A DNA stretch of 59,959 nt, counting the filler, from Nitrospirae bacterium CG2_30_53_67 (GTDB lineage: Bacteria > CG2-30-53-67), in assembly GCA_001873285.1 (NCBI GenBank). It is 3 parts of 3 records of this genome, joined end to end, with 100 filler letters (N's around TTAATTAATTAA, not from the genome) between each part and the next. Parts side by side here need not be neighbours in the genome. Positions count along the whole stretch, not along the records: positions 44,945 to 59,959 come from MNYV01000036.1; 2 more parts are not named here. One strand, written 5' to 3'. Numbering within the stretch: the stretch's first letter is position 1; each line of letters starts with the position of its first letter. The notes beneath the pieces were generated by a model, which made no database searches, was not told the DNA's origin, and saw nothing but the letters and a program-made list of their open reading frames with translations. The position numbers and the translations under genes were made by a program. Positions 49,705 through 59,602 of the stretch are shown one piece after another.

Positions 49705-50324
49705 GTTTAAACGACAGCATTCTTATCATATACCTTAATCCATGTCACGTCTTTTTCATTGAGCGCGCTTAAGCAGCCCTAAAAGAAACATTTTCATTTA
49801 TAATGCTCTATGTGGAATCCTAACCTTCATTGCAGAGGAACATGCTGTATCCTTTTCTATCCTTATTCAGAAAAGAGTAATGTTCAACAATAGAAATAAG
49901 AATAAAGCGTTTTTTAAAATATTTTGCCTGCATTTTTTCTTATTTTCTATAAAACATCATTTGCAACCTGAAAACTATAATGTTAGTCTTTATAAAATTT
50001 TAGGTCTCTACCTAAAACTTCCGGTTGATTTCTGCATGAGTCATCGATCCGCCGGATGGTGCCGTCGACGAATGTCCATGGGCGCCGGCATGGAACAGAA
50101 CCCGTTGAGGCGTGAGTCAGGATGTGTGAAAATTTTCACCCAATAAGAGAAAAAGTTTTCCCTTTTTCTGTAAACTTTTACACACTTGCAATAAATATTC
50201 CATTTCAGCGGCATCCCGTTTAGGCATGGATTCAAAAAAAATAAACTTCTAATCCCTTGTTTTACTAAGGTTAGCAAGCCAGGATGCTGTTCGAATGTCA
50301 CAAGAGAAAGCTTTCAATCTAAAT

Positions 50325-50341
50325 TTGGCATGGCTTTTGCT
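50325..50341 (+). promoter_or_regulatory. sigma54 promoter
   Basis: TTGGCATGGCTTTTGCT (GG-N10-GC), ~100 nt upstream of 50439. Confidence 0.7.
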
Positions 50342-50438
50342 TAAAATATTAGTGTTTACATACAGGAAACCTTTTTTTAGAAACACCGCCATTGGAAAAG
50401 GGCGATAACAGATCCTAAGCGGGTTATGGATAAGGAAC

Positions 50439-52619
50439 ATGTCTGAGTCGAGTCAATACAACATGGACGATCAAATAGCAAAGAACTACATCCTTGAGGT
50501 CTCTCCTGACATCAATCAAGAGTTTGCCTCAAAGAAGTTCAGGGAAATCAATATCCTTCTCAAATCGAATTTAATTTCCAACCTGAACATGGAATTCAAG
50601 GTCTCCCTGCATGTGCTTTGCGATCTGGTCCTCGAGATGATTCATTACGACAAGGCCCTTCTTTACCTTTGGGACAATGATCTTGAGGTCCTCACCCCCT
50701 ACATCACCCGGGGATTTTCCGAAAATCCGCCGGAAAAGCGCATGGAGAGGAATATATTTGCGGATTGGTGTATACGTCACGGGAAAACTCTGTTTATTCC
50801 CTTCAGCAGCCACCCGAATGTCACAAGGGCATTGGAAGAAGTCAACAGCAAATCCATGATATCGGTCCCAATTTATGAAAGCAATCACATCATCGGTACG
50901 CTGCAACTCTATAGTCAACAGTCCAATTTTTTCTCAAGAGAGGATGCAAAACTTCTCTGGCTTCTCATCATACACTCCGAAGCGCTTTTCAGAAACTACG
51001 AAAATCTGGAGCGGATCAGAACCCTTTCATCTACAGGCATGCCTTTCGGCCAAACCCATATTTCGGAGTTCCACGAACAGTTGGAACGGGAAATCGGACG
51101 GGCAGACCGCCGGAAGACCCCCATGTCTCTCCTTTTGATCGAAGTGGACCGTCTTCCCGAATACATCCGCAAATTCGGCCACCTAAAAAGAGAGGAGGCC
51201 TTCAATGAAATCGGCTCCTTGATGATGAATCAGATCCGGCAAATTGATGCCTTTTCACGCTATGGAGAGGATCGTTTCGCATTGATCCTTACGGAAACAG
51301 ACCGCAAAGGCGGGACAATCTTTGCAAATCGTCTGAGAGAAAACATCGGCCGGCATCTCATTCAGGATGAGAAGGGAGAAAAGACCATACGGATGACCAT
51401 CAGTTCCGGACTGGTTACTTTTCCTTTTGATGCCAAGGAGAAGATCCACCTGCTCCAAGCTGCAGAGCAGGCTTTACATAAGGCCATCGATGCGGGAGGC
51501 GACCAAGTGTGCCTCTATACGGAACTGGACAGCGCCATCCAATCCTCTCCCGGGCATGACCAACACGAAGACTTGGACCGGATCAGTCAGACCATTCATT
51601 CCATTTTCAATCTGGATCTGCTCCTCGAATTGGTGGTTCAGATCTGCATGGAGACCCTCCAGGCGGAAAAGGGCTCTTTACTCTTATTTGCTGAGGAACT
51701 TGACTGTTTTATCCTCAGAGTCGCCTGTGGTTTCGGGAAATATACCGACTTGATCAAAAATACCCGGGTCCCCCTGCAGGGAACCATCACCGGATGGGTT
51801 GCCGCCCTCAAAAAGCCCGTTGTCTCTGCAAACATCGAGGAAATTTCAGAGGTGCCCAAAAGCCTTTACAAAGATTACAGGAACAATTCATTTCTTTCTG
51901 TTCCGCTGGTCTCTGAAGATAAGACCATCGGCGTGGTGCATCTCTCAAATAAAAGAGCAGAAGACGGAATCTTTACGAACCATGACCTTGAACGGATCCT
52001 TTCCCTGAGTGAACACCTGACTCTTTTCCTCAAGCAAGGGATCCGTTTCGAGGAAACACAGCACCGTTTCTCAAAAACAGCCTTATTGTTCCTGAACCGG
52101 ATACTGGAGGAAAAGGATCCTTACAACAGAGATCATTCGGAAAGAGTGGCCCTTTATGCGGAAAAACTTGCCCGCCGTTTTAATTTCAGCCAGAAGGAGA
52201 TCGAGAAGCTGACCCTCTCCGCCCGGCTTCACGATATCGGCAAGATCGCCATCCATGACGAAATTTTTCACAAACCGGATAAATTGAGTGAAACGGAAAC
52301 CGCCATTGTTCGCCGGCTCCCCTTTTTCAGCTGGAAGATTCTCGATGCGCTTTCTGCAAATGAAGAAGAGTTGAAAAATACGGTTCTGAAACTCCATGAG
52401 AAACTTGACGGATCAGGCTATCCTTACGGCCTGGTCGGGGAACAAATCCCTCTGCCGTCCCGCATCCTCAGCGTGGCCGACACCTTCGTCTCCATGACAT
52501 CGAACCGTTCATTTCGGCCCCCCTTCAGCAAGGAAGAAGCCCTGAAGAATATGAACGCCTTGGCTAATGTCCACTATGACCCTGAAGTCCTGCAACAGCT
52601 AAATAAGATCGTCCAATAA
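50439..52619 (+). CDS. GAF-GGDEF-GAF-HD-GYP signalling protein (degenerate motifs)
   Basis: RQID...RYGEDRF, HSERV, LHDIGK, DGSGYP, two GAF-like domains. Confidence 0.88.
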   Translation: MSESSQYNMDDQIAKNYILEVSPDINQEFASKKFREINILLKSNLISNLNMEFKVSLHVLCDLVLEMIHYDKALLYLWDNDLEVLTPYITRGFSENPPEKRMERNIFADWCIRHGKTLFIPFSSHPNVTRALEEVNSKSMISVPIYESNHIIGTLQLYSQQSNFFSREDAKLLWLLIIHSEALFRNYENLERIRTLSSTGMPFGQTHISEFHEQLEREIGRADRRKTPMSLLLIEVDRLPEYIRKFGHLKREEAFNEIGSLMMNQIRQIDAFSRYGEDRFALILTETDRKGGTIFANRLRENIGRHLIQDEKGEKTIRMTISSGLVTFPFDAKEKIHLLQAAEQALHKAIDAGGDQVCLYTELDSAIQSSPGHDQHEDLDRISQTIHSIFNLDLLLELVVQICMETLQAEKGSLLLFAEELDCFILRVACGFGKYTDLIKNTRVPLQGTITGWVAALKKPVVSANIEEISEVPKSLYKDYRNNSFLSVPLVSEDKTIGVVHLSNKRAEDGIFTNHDLERILSLSEHLTLFLKQGIRFEETQHRFSKTALLFLNRILEEKDPYNRDHSERVALYAEKLARRFNFSQKEIEKLTLSARLHDIGKIAIHDEIFHKPDKLSETETAIVRRLPFFSWKILDALSANEEELKNTVLKLHEKLDGSGYPYGLVGEQIPLPSRILSVADTFVSMTSNRSFRPPFSKEEALKNMNALANVHYDPEVLQQLNKIVQ

Positions 52620-52697
52620 TCCTCGGCAGATGAGAACCGGAGAGGCTAAAAGAGATTTGTGCTCCGTTTCATGGAGCCTCTTTAGCAAAACAAAATT

Positions 52698-52841
52698 TCA
52701 ACGGGGATCTTGATCCTTGCAGTCCTTGGAACTCCCTGACCGGGAGGAACGGTTCGCCATTCACGTTCCACCCTTGAAGGAAAGAACGCCCACTAAAGCA
52801 ATCCATACCGCAGCGATGACCCATACCCATATTTCGTTCAT
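52698..52841 (-). CDS. small single-TM protein, candidate selenoprotein (UGA 52761-52763)
   Basis: MNEIWVWVIAAVWIALVGVLSFKGGT-U-MANRSSRSGSSKDCKDQDPR; AGAAGG RBS; SECIS-like hairpin after the UGA. Confidence 0.6.
52732..52746 (-). promoter_or_regulatory. SECIS-like hairpin
   Basis: CUCCC-GGUCA-GGGAG; the loop begins 19 nt after the UGA. Confidence 0.55.
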
Positions 52842-52866
52842 GTGACGCCTTCTATCGCGCCTGTTT

Positions 52867-52880
52867 CCTGCGACCGCAGG
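52867..52880 (-). promoter_or_regulatory. SECIS-like hairpin
   Basis: CCUGC-GGUC-GCAGG; the loop begins 20 nt after UGA 52896-52898. Confidence 0.55.
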
Positions 52881-52886
52881 TCTTTT

Positions 52887-53102
52887 TCAATGTGCTCAAG
52901 AGAATCCCCCTTGAGATGGACACCCCCCGCCGGCTTCGCTTTTACAGACACTTCCGCCCTGGAAAACGGAGACGGACATCAGTTTTTCGCACGGTAGCCC
53001 ACCGCATACGGGACAGCTCAACCCCTGGTTATCTGCGCCGATTTTTTGTAAAACCTCAAAAACTTCTCCGCAATCAGCACAGCGGTATTCGTAATAAGGC
53101 AT
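52887..53102 (-). CDS. FmdB-family zinc-ribbon protein, candidate C-terminal Sec (ends 52896 if UGA is a stop)
   Basis: MPYYEYRCADCG...CPVCG, GGAGG RBS, tail GGFS-UGA-AH-UGA. Confidence 0.85.
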
Positions 53103-53250
53103 AATCCTGAACTCCTCCAGCATAAAATCCCTATCCGGGATTTTATAATCATATAATCATTTAAATAATAAAGCAAGTTCATTAGTTCATTTCCTGTTCA
53201 CAATAGAATTTTTTTATGGTATTTTGAAATATCTTTTATAGGCAGGATCC

Positions 53251-54162
53251 ATGATTGATTTCAGGCTGCTCATCTTTTTAAAATCCGCTGAAAAATTAAG
53301 CTTCTCCGAAGCCGCCGAGGAACTCTTCATCACACAACCTGCCGTAACCTTTCAGATCAAAAAGCTCGAGGACCATTTCGGAATTCCCCTGTTCTACCGC
53401 GAAAAGAACAGGATCTCTTTAACCGAGGCCGGAGAAACCCTCTTTCAGGAAGCAAAGAAAATTCTCTCCTGCTACGAGGATGCGGAAAGAGCCGTAGGCC
53501 GGATCAGCGGGGTCGTCCAGGGGAGAATGGTGGTCGGCGCAAGCACCACCATGGGGGAGTATATCCTTCCGCAAATTCTGGGAGACTTCGAAGCTCGTTA
53601 TCCTGATGTGGAGACCCTTTTGGAAATAGGGAATTCAGACCGTATCTTAAACGGGGTCTTGAGCCGGTACCTGGATGTCGGGATTCTGGCTGAAGAAGTG
53701 AAAAACCGGGAACTCCATCAGGAAAAGATTATTGAGGATGAATTGGTTCTGATCGCATCCCCCAAGCACCCGCTTTCCCCAAAAAAGAAGATCGTTCTGA
53801 AAGATCTGGAAGACCAGAGGTTCATCGCCAGGGAAAGAGGATCCGGAACACGCAAGGAGATTGAATCGCACCTGAAAAAGGCCGGGATCCATGCCCAAAG
53901 GCTTCGGACCACGATGTGGCTTGGGAGCAGCGAGGCCGTCAAGGGCGCCGTGGAAGCAGGACTCGGAATCTCCATCCTCTCCCGATGGGCCATTCAGAAA
54001 GAGCTTCGCCTGGGAACCCTCAAAGAATTACCGATCCGGAATCTCCGTATGGTTCGGGAGTTCAAGCTGATCCACTACAAAGGAAAACGCCTTTCCCATC
54101 CAATGGGAGTCTTCGTAAAATTTCTGCAGGAATACGATTGGGGCCGTCTTTGGAAAAAATAA
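53251..54162 (+). CDS. LysR-family regulator (CysL-like)
   Basis: SFSEAAEELFITQPAVT, GASTTMGEY, RERGSGTR, SSEAVK. Confidence 0.93.
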   Translation: MIDFRLLIFLKSAEKLSFSEAAEELFITQPAVTFQIKKLEDHFGIPLFYREKNRISLTEAGETLFQEAKKILSCYEDAERAVGRISGVVQGRMVVGASTTMGEYILPQILGDFEARYPDVETLLEIGNSDRILNGVLSRYLDVGILAEEVKNRELHQEKIIEDELVLIASPKHPLSPKKKIVLKDLEDQRFIARERGSGTRKEIESHLKKAGIHAQRLRTTMWLGSSEAVKGAVEAGLGISILSRWAIQKELRLGTLKELPIRNLRMVREFKLIHYKGKRLSHPMGVFVKFLQEYDWGRLWKK

Positions 54163-54872
54163 ATTTCGAGCCGCAAGACAAACCGAATATCTCGATCATT
54201 GTCCCCGTGCTGAACGAGGCGGAAAGAATCTTGTCCATGATCCGGCAGGTTCAATCATTGAACCCGTTCGAATACTGGATCGTTGACGGGGGGAGTACCG
54301 ACGGGACTCCTGATCTCGCCGGAAAACATACGGACCGGGTTCTCTTCGTTTCAGGCGGGTTACCTGCACAACTGAACCTTGGAGGCTGGAAGGCAAAAGG
54401 AGATATCCTCTTTTTTGTCCATGCAGACTCCCGAATTCCCGAGAACGCCCTTCAATCCATCTCTCAGTCCATGAAAGACCCTCGGGTGGCGGGAGGGGGA
54501 TTTCACCTGAAAATCCGTTCAGACCGCAGGATGATAGAAACAATCAGCCGTTTGGCCAACCTCCGTGCCCGCATTTTGGGCGCCCCGCTGGGAGATCAGG
54601 GTATATTTGTCCGGAAAGAAGTTTTTATTCGTCTAAACGGCTTCCGTTCGGACGTGCTGCTCGAAGACCTGGATTTTTCCCTTCGCATGAAGAAACAGGG
54701 GCGCGTGGTTTTGCTCAGCGAGCAGATCATCACATCCCCGAGGAAATGGGAGCGTTACGGCGTGCTTGGAACAACTCTCGCCCACCTGCGTTTCCTCATC
54801 GGACATTTCATCCATGCAAATCCGGAAGAACTAAAAAAGAGATATGCGTCCTTCAAAAACCGGGCCCGGTAA
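54150..54872 (+). CDS. GT2 glycosyltransferase, TIGR04283-like
   Basis: SIIVPVLNE, VDGGSTDGT, FVHADS, GDQGIFV, LLED, TSPRKW; start uncertain. Confidence 0.85.
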   Translation: MEKINFEPQDKPNISIIVPVLNEAERILSMIRQVQSLNPFEYWIVDGGSTDGTPDLAGKHTDRVLFVSGGLPAQLNLGGWKAKGDILFFVHADSRIPENALQSISQSMKDPRVAGGGFHLKIRSDRRMIETISRLANLRARILGAPLGDQGIFVRKEVFIRLNGFRSDVLLEDLDFSLRMKKQGRVVLLSEQIITSPRKWERYGVLGTTLAHLRFLIGHFIHANPEELKKRYASFKNRAR

Positions 54873-54932
54873 GGATGCGGCTCCTTATAAAAAAGATTAC
54901 CCGGTTTTTTCTGAATAAATTTAGGAACGGAT

Positions 54933-57362
54933 CTATTTCTTCGCCGCAGGTTTTTTCCTTGAAGATCCGGCTTTTCGGGATTTACTCTTTCTCCTGGGCA
55001 GCAGGGCGATCTCCAGGACCTCATCCATCTCTGCCACCGGCATGAATTCAAGACTTTTCTTAACCTTTGGAGGAAGCTCCAGAAGATCTTTTTCATTCTT
55101 TTTCGGAATAATCACCTGCTGGATTCCCGCCCGCATGGCAGCCAGAGCCTTCTCCCTTAATCCCCCGATAGGAAGCACCCGGCCGCGCAAGGTCACCTCT
55201 CCGGTCATGGCCAGATTCTTTTTAATAGGCCGGTCTGTAAAGATGGAAGCAAGGCAGGTAGCCATGGTGATACCCGCAGAGGGCCCATCCTTGGGAATGG
55301 CCCCGGCCGGTATATGCACGTGGATATCATGTTGTGAAAAAATATTCTCTTTAATTCCCAGCAGCTGCGCCCTGGACCGGATGAAACTCATCGCCGCGTG
55401 AGCCGATTCCTTCATCACATCCCCCAGATGCCCGGTGAGAACCAGGTTCCCTTTCCCCTTCATCTTGGTCGCCTCGATAAAGATAATCTCCCCCCCGCTC
55501 TGGGTCCAGGCAAGCCCTGTGGCAACACCGACCTGGTCTTCCCCCACTTCGACCTCCGGAAGGTATTTGGGAGCCCCCAGAAACTTATGAAGGTTCTTCG
55601 CATGAATCAGGTACTTTTTTTCTTTCCCCTCGGCTATATGTTTTGCGATCTTCCGGCATAGGCTGGCAATCTCCCGTTCCAGATTCCTAAGACCGGCTTC
55701 CTGCGTATAGTAGGTAATCATATTCAGAATCGCGGAATCCGAGATCGACAAATGTTTCTCGCTGATCCCATGCTCCTCCATCTGTCTTGGAATCAGGTAG
55801 CGGTGGGCGATCATGAGCTTTTCTTCATGCGTGTAGCCGGAAAGATAGATCACCTCCATCCTATCCCTCAAGGCCGAAGGAACCGGATCCAACAAATTGG
55901 CCGTGGTAATGAACATGACATTAGAAAGATCAAAGGGAACATTCAGATAATGGTCCGAAAAGGAATTATTCTGCTCCGGGTCCAGGACCTCAAGCAATGC
56001 AGACGAGGGATCGCCCCGGAAATCCGAACCAAGCTTGTCGATCTCGTCCATCATGAACACCGGGTTGTTGGAACCGGCCTGCTTGATTCCCTGAATCACC
56101 CGCCCCGGAAGCGCCCCCACATAGGTTCTTCGGTGGCCGCGGATTTCAGCCTCGTCCCGGACCCCGCCCAGGGAAATCCGGACAAACTGCCTTCCCAGTG
56201 CACGAGCGATGGATCGTCCGAGAGAGGTTTTGCCCACCCCGGGCGGTCCGACAAAACAAAGGATCGGACCTTTCATCTTCTTTTTAAGCTTTCGCACACT
56301 GAGATATTCCAGAATACGCTCCTTAATCTTTTCCAGGTCGTAGTGATCTTCATTCAGGACGGTTTTGGCCTTTTTGATATCCAGGGAATCCTTACTGCTT
56401 TTTTGCCAAGGCATGTCAATGAGCCACTCCAGATAGGTTCGTACGGTGGTCGCCTCAGCAGAGTCGGGGTGCATCTTCTCCAGCCTCTTAACCTGTTTCT
56501 CGGCCTCCTGCTCCACCTTCTTCGGCATCTTCGCCTTCCGGATCTTCTCACGCAGTTCATTGACCTCTTCGGTCCGCTCATCCACCTCCCCCAGCTCTTT
56601 CTGGATGGCCTTGAGCTGTTCCCTAAGAAAATACTCCCGCTGGATCTTGTCCATTTCTCCTTTGGCTTCGGCCTGAATCTTCTGCTGTACCGAAAGGAGT
56701 TCGATTTCCTTGTTCAGATATTCACTGACCTTCTGAAGCCTCTTGACGGGATTTCCAAGCTCCAGAATCTCCTGGGCCTGATCCACCTTCAACCCGATAT
56801 TGGATGTGATCAGGTCCGCCAGCCTTCCGGGATCTTCGATGTTTTCCGCAATGATCAGAATATCCGGAAGGATCATCTTTCCCAAGGAAACCATATGCTC
56901 CAGCTGTTCCTTCACGTTCCGCATCATGGCTTCCACTTCCACGGTGACCTGGGTTGAGACCTCCTCGGGTATTTTTTCAATAGCAACCTTGAAGAACGGC
57001 CGGGTCGAGATGAACTCTTTGATCTTAGCCTTGGCAAGCCCCTGGACCAAAATCTTGATCCTGCCGTCGGGAAGCTTCAGCATCCGCATGATGGTGGCCA
57101 CCGTTCCTATGGAATTGACCCCTTCTGCCGTGGGGTCTTCCTCCTCAATCTTCTTCTGAGTACAAAGTAGAATCAGACGATCCTGTGCAAGGGCCTCGTC
57201 AATGGCCCGGATTGAAACCTCCCGGCCGACAAAGAGAGGAAGGATCATGTAGGGAAAGACCACCACGTCCCGGACCGGCAGAAGCGGAATCTGTTCGGGA
57301 ATCTTAATCTCTTCTTCCTTTTGTGTCTTGCTCTGTTCATCCTGCTTTTGTTCTTCGGCCAT
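54933..57362 (-). CDS. lon: Lon protease
   Basis: [34 protein letters not shown]. Confidence 0.98.
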   Translation of the reverse strand: MAEEQKQDEQSKTQKEEEIKIPEQIPLLPVRDVVVFPYMILPLFVGREVSIRAIDEALAQDRLILLCTQKKIEEEDPTAEGVNSIGTVATIMRMLKLPDGRIKILVQGLAKAKIKEFISTRPFFKVAIEKIPEEVSTQVTVEVEAMMRNVKEQLEHMVSLGKMILPDILIIAENIEDPGRLADLITSNIGLKVDQAQEILELGNPVKRLQKVSEYLNKEIELLSVQQKIQAEAKGEMDKIQREYFLREQLKAIQKELGEVDERTEEVNELREKIRKAKMPKKVEQEAEKQVKRLEKMHPDSAEATTVRTYLEWLIDMPWQKSSKDSLDIKKAKTVLNEDHYDLEKIKERILEYLSVRKLKKKMKGPILCFVGPPGVGKTSLGRSIARALGRQFVRISLGGVRDEAEIRGHRRTYVGALPGRVIQGIKQAGSNNPVFMMDEIDKLGSDFRGDPSSALLEVLDPEQNNSFSDHYLNVPFDLSNVMFITTANLLDPVPSALRDRMEVIYLSGYTHEEKLMIAHRYLIPRQMEEHGISEKHLSISDSAILNMITYYTQEAGLRNLEREIASLCRKIAKHIAEGKEKKYLIHAKNLHKFLGAPKYLPEVEVGEDQVGVATGLAWTQSGGEIIFIEATKMKGKGNLVLTGHLGDVMKESAHAAMSFIRSRAQLLGIKENIFSQHDIHVHIPAGAIPKDGPSAGITMATCLASIFTDRPIKKNLAMTGEVTLRGRVLPIGGLREKALAAMRAGIQQVIIPKKNEKDLLELPPKVKKSLEFMPVAEMDEVLEIALLPRRKSKSRKAGSSRKKPAAKK

Positions 57363-57466
57363 TCCATTCCTCCAGTTCCCATGTGGGATGACTACGACTG
57401 CCGCATTTGGTCAAACAGAGGGGAAAACGTATTCCAGATAAAATTCATTCAAAACAAGCCTGCCGT

Positions 57467-58351
57467 CTAAAATGCATCAAGATCCAGTCCCTTGAGATAG
57501 GACTTGAATATCGGCCCCAATTCGGGGTTCTTAAGACCGAATTCCACGGTGGCCTCAAGGAATCCGATCTTGCTTCCTGCATCATAGCGCTTCCCTTGAA
57601 CAATGTACCCGTAAACAGGCTCGACCTCCGCCAGCCTCTGAAGGGCATTGGTCAGCTGGATCTCGCCCCCGACGCCTTTCTCCTGCCTTTCCAGGAATTC
57701 AAAGACCCTTGGGGTCAGGATGTAGCGTCCGATGATTGCGAGATGGGATGGCGCATCCTCTTTCCGGGGTTTTTCGACCATGCTCTTAACCTCATAGATC
57801 CCTTGCCCCATGGGTTTTCCCTGGATCACACCATACAGGTGAATCTGGTCTTCGGAAACCTCCTGAAGAGCCAAAACCGAATAATGGTACCGATTGAATA
57901 TCTGAAGCATCTGCTTGAGGGCAGGTATTTCGGAAGCGATAATATCATCCCCCAGGAGAATGGCAAAAGGTTCGTCCCCTACGATATCCTTGGCACACAA
58001 AACCGCATGCCCGAGACCCAGAGGTTCTTTTTGACGGACATAGATAAAGTTTACCAGATTCGAAATCTGTTCAATGTCTCGAAGGGCACGGGTCTTTCCT
58101 GTGGCCTCAAGATAAAACTCCAATTCCACGTTTTTGTCAAAGTGGTCTTCGATCGCCCGTTTGCCCCGGCCCGTAATCATGATGATATGCTCCATTCCGG
58201 AGTTCACCGCCTCCTCCACCACGTACTGGATCATGGGCTTGTCCACCAGGGGGAGCATCTCCTTGGGAGAGGCCTTGGTGGCGGGAAGAAACCGGGTGCC
58301 AAGTCCTGCGGCAGGGAAAACCGCCTTGCGAACTATCTTATTCGAATACAT
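57467..58351 (-). CDS. galU: UTP-glucose-1-phosphate uridylyltransferase
   Basis: PAAGLGTRFLPATKASPKEML, LGLGHA, VEKP, GEIQLT. Confidence 0.97.
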   Translation of the reverse strand: MYSNKIVRKAVFPAAGLGTRFLPATKASPKEMLPLVDKPMIQYVVEEAVNSGMEHIIMITGRGKRAIEDHFDKNVELEFYLEATGKTRALRDIEQISNLVNFIYVRQKEPLGLGHAVLCAKDIVGDEPFAILLGDDIIASEIPALKQMLQIFNRYHYSVLALQEVSEDQIHLYGVIQGKPMGQGIYEVKSMVEKPRKEDAPSHLAIIGRYILTPRVFEFLERQEKGVGGEIQLTNALQRLAEVEPVYGYIVQGKRYDAGSKIGFLEATVEFGLKNPELGPIFKSYLKGLDLDAF

Positions 58352-58486
58352 TCAGACCCCTTTTATGATGATGCATACGGCCGGTTCTTCTCGCTTCAAG
58401 ACGAAGTGAATGCACAGCTTTCACATTAAAAAATTGAAAGAATTATATAGAACTCGTCCTTTGGAGTCAAGGCAAAGTTGCCGATA

Positions 58487-58708
58487 GGGTCTGCGACAAA
58501 TTTATGGGTACACATCAGGGTTACATATGTTTGTCATTGTCCGGTCCCCCGATCGGACAATCCATGGTTCGACAAGCTCACCATGACAATTGTCACCCTG
58601 AGCCTGTCGAAGGGTGGATTCCCCGATCAAGCCTGCCCTCGACTGCGATCAGGGGTCGGGGAATGACGCTCTTAGAGAAATATTTACCCATAAATTTGTC
58701 GCACACCC
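58487..58708. mobile_element. MITE-like element with nested REP-like palindromes
   Basis: 24-bp TIRs with one mismatch (58487-58510 / 58685-58708) enclosing GTCATT...GGAATGAC (58533-58667), which carries two further inserts. Confidence 0.75.
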
Positions 58709-58722
58709 CCGAATGGGGCAGA

Positions 58723-58751
58723 TTGACAACCAGACCAAACAACGGTATAAA
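58723..58751 (+). promoter_or_regulatory. sigma70-type promoter
   Basis: TTGACA-17 nt-TATAAA, 10 nt before ATG 58762. Confidence 0.55.
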
Positions 58752-58761
58752 ATTCGGTACT

Positions 58762-59529
58762 ATGTTCTTTACCCTGTCCAAAATTTTCTCATGTTTTCTT
58801 TACCCGGTCGGATTCTCGATCCTGCTCCTGGCCGTTTCATTCTTTTTCCTTAGAAAAAGTCCCAGGGCTGCCCGAGTCCTCGGCGTATCCGCGGTTATCT
58901 TCCTCTGGATAAGCTCCACGGAGTGGTTCTCCTCCTTGCTGATTGACCCCCTGGAATCAAGATACCCGAGGAGTCCCCTGATCGAAAAGGCCGATGCCGT
59001 TGTGGTCCTGTCCGGCATGGCTGACCTGAAGCTCTCAGGCCAGGGAAGCGTCGAACTGGAAGCGGGCTCGGACCGGATCATCGAGGGGATCCTGCTGGCC
59101 AGGAGATTCCCGGATAGTCTCCTGATCATCAGCGGAGGGAGCGGAAACCTGCTCGATCAGGAGACAAGTGAGGCGGCCCTCCTGTCCAGATACCTTGTAC
59201 CGCAGCTCGGCATTCCCATTGAGCGGATCATGGTCGATGCTACATCCAAAAATACCACTGAAAACGCCGTCAATACCCGGAAGATCCTCAGCAGGAACGG
59301 CATTGAACGGTTTGTCCTGATCACCTCGGCCTCTCATATGCCCAGAGCCATGGCCTGTTTCCATAAAGCAGGCCTTGATCCGATCCCCTGGCCCGTGGAT
59401 TTCAGGTCTCACAAGAATAACCTGGACGCATTTTCTCTCCTGCCTGGAACCGGCTCTCTCGTGCGGACCGACGCCGCCATCCATGAGTATATCGGCCTTG
59501 TCCTCTACAAACTCATGGGTTATATCTGA
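58762..59529 (+). CDS. YdcF/ElyC (DUF218) family protein
   Basis: VVLSG, DRIIEG, ISGG, SKNTTENA, ITSASHMPRA, HEYIG. Confidence 0.9.
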   Translation: MFFTLSKIFSCFLYPVGFSILLLAVSFFFLRKSPRAARVLGVSAVIFLWISSTEWFSSLLIDPLESRYPRSPLIEKADAVVVLSGMADLKLSGQGSVELEAGSDRIIEGILLARRFPDSLLIISGGSGNLLDQETSEAALLSRYLVPQLGIPIERIMVDATSKNTTENAVNTRKILSRNGIERFVLITSASHMPRAMACFHKAGLDPIPWPVDFRSHKNNLDAFSLLPGTGSLVRTDAAIHEYIGLVLYKLMGYI

Positions 59530-59602
59530 CGGCTTTGTCATCATTTCGATCATTGCAAAGCCGGCATGATCAGAAGTGTACCTCAATTTGCACTTGATTT
59601 TA

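Noticed and set aside
50028..50125. GC-rich patch with two TGAGTCA motifs in the eno/GGDEF intergenic region as an ncRNA or riboswitch
   Set aside because: No recognisable Rfam-type consensus by eye; a covariance search would be needed.
53916..54149. Long N-terminus of the glycosyltransferase ORF
   Set aside because: Overlaps the LysR gene out of frame; GT2 similarity begins near 54190.
55752..56957. 401-aa + strand ORF (likewise 57407-58429, 26010-26810, 4310-5023)
   Set aside because: Antisense shadows of lon, galU, lepA and rpsA with no motifs of their own.
58504..58761. N-terminal extension of YdcF
   Set aside because: Read-through of nested repeats; a promoter-like element lies just before ATG 58762.
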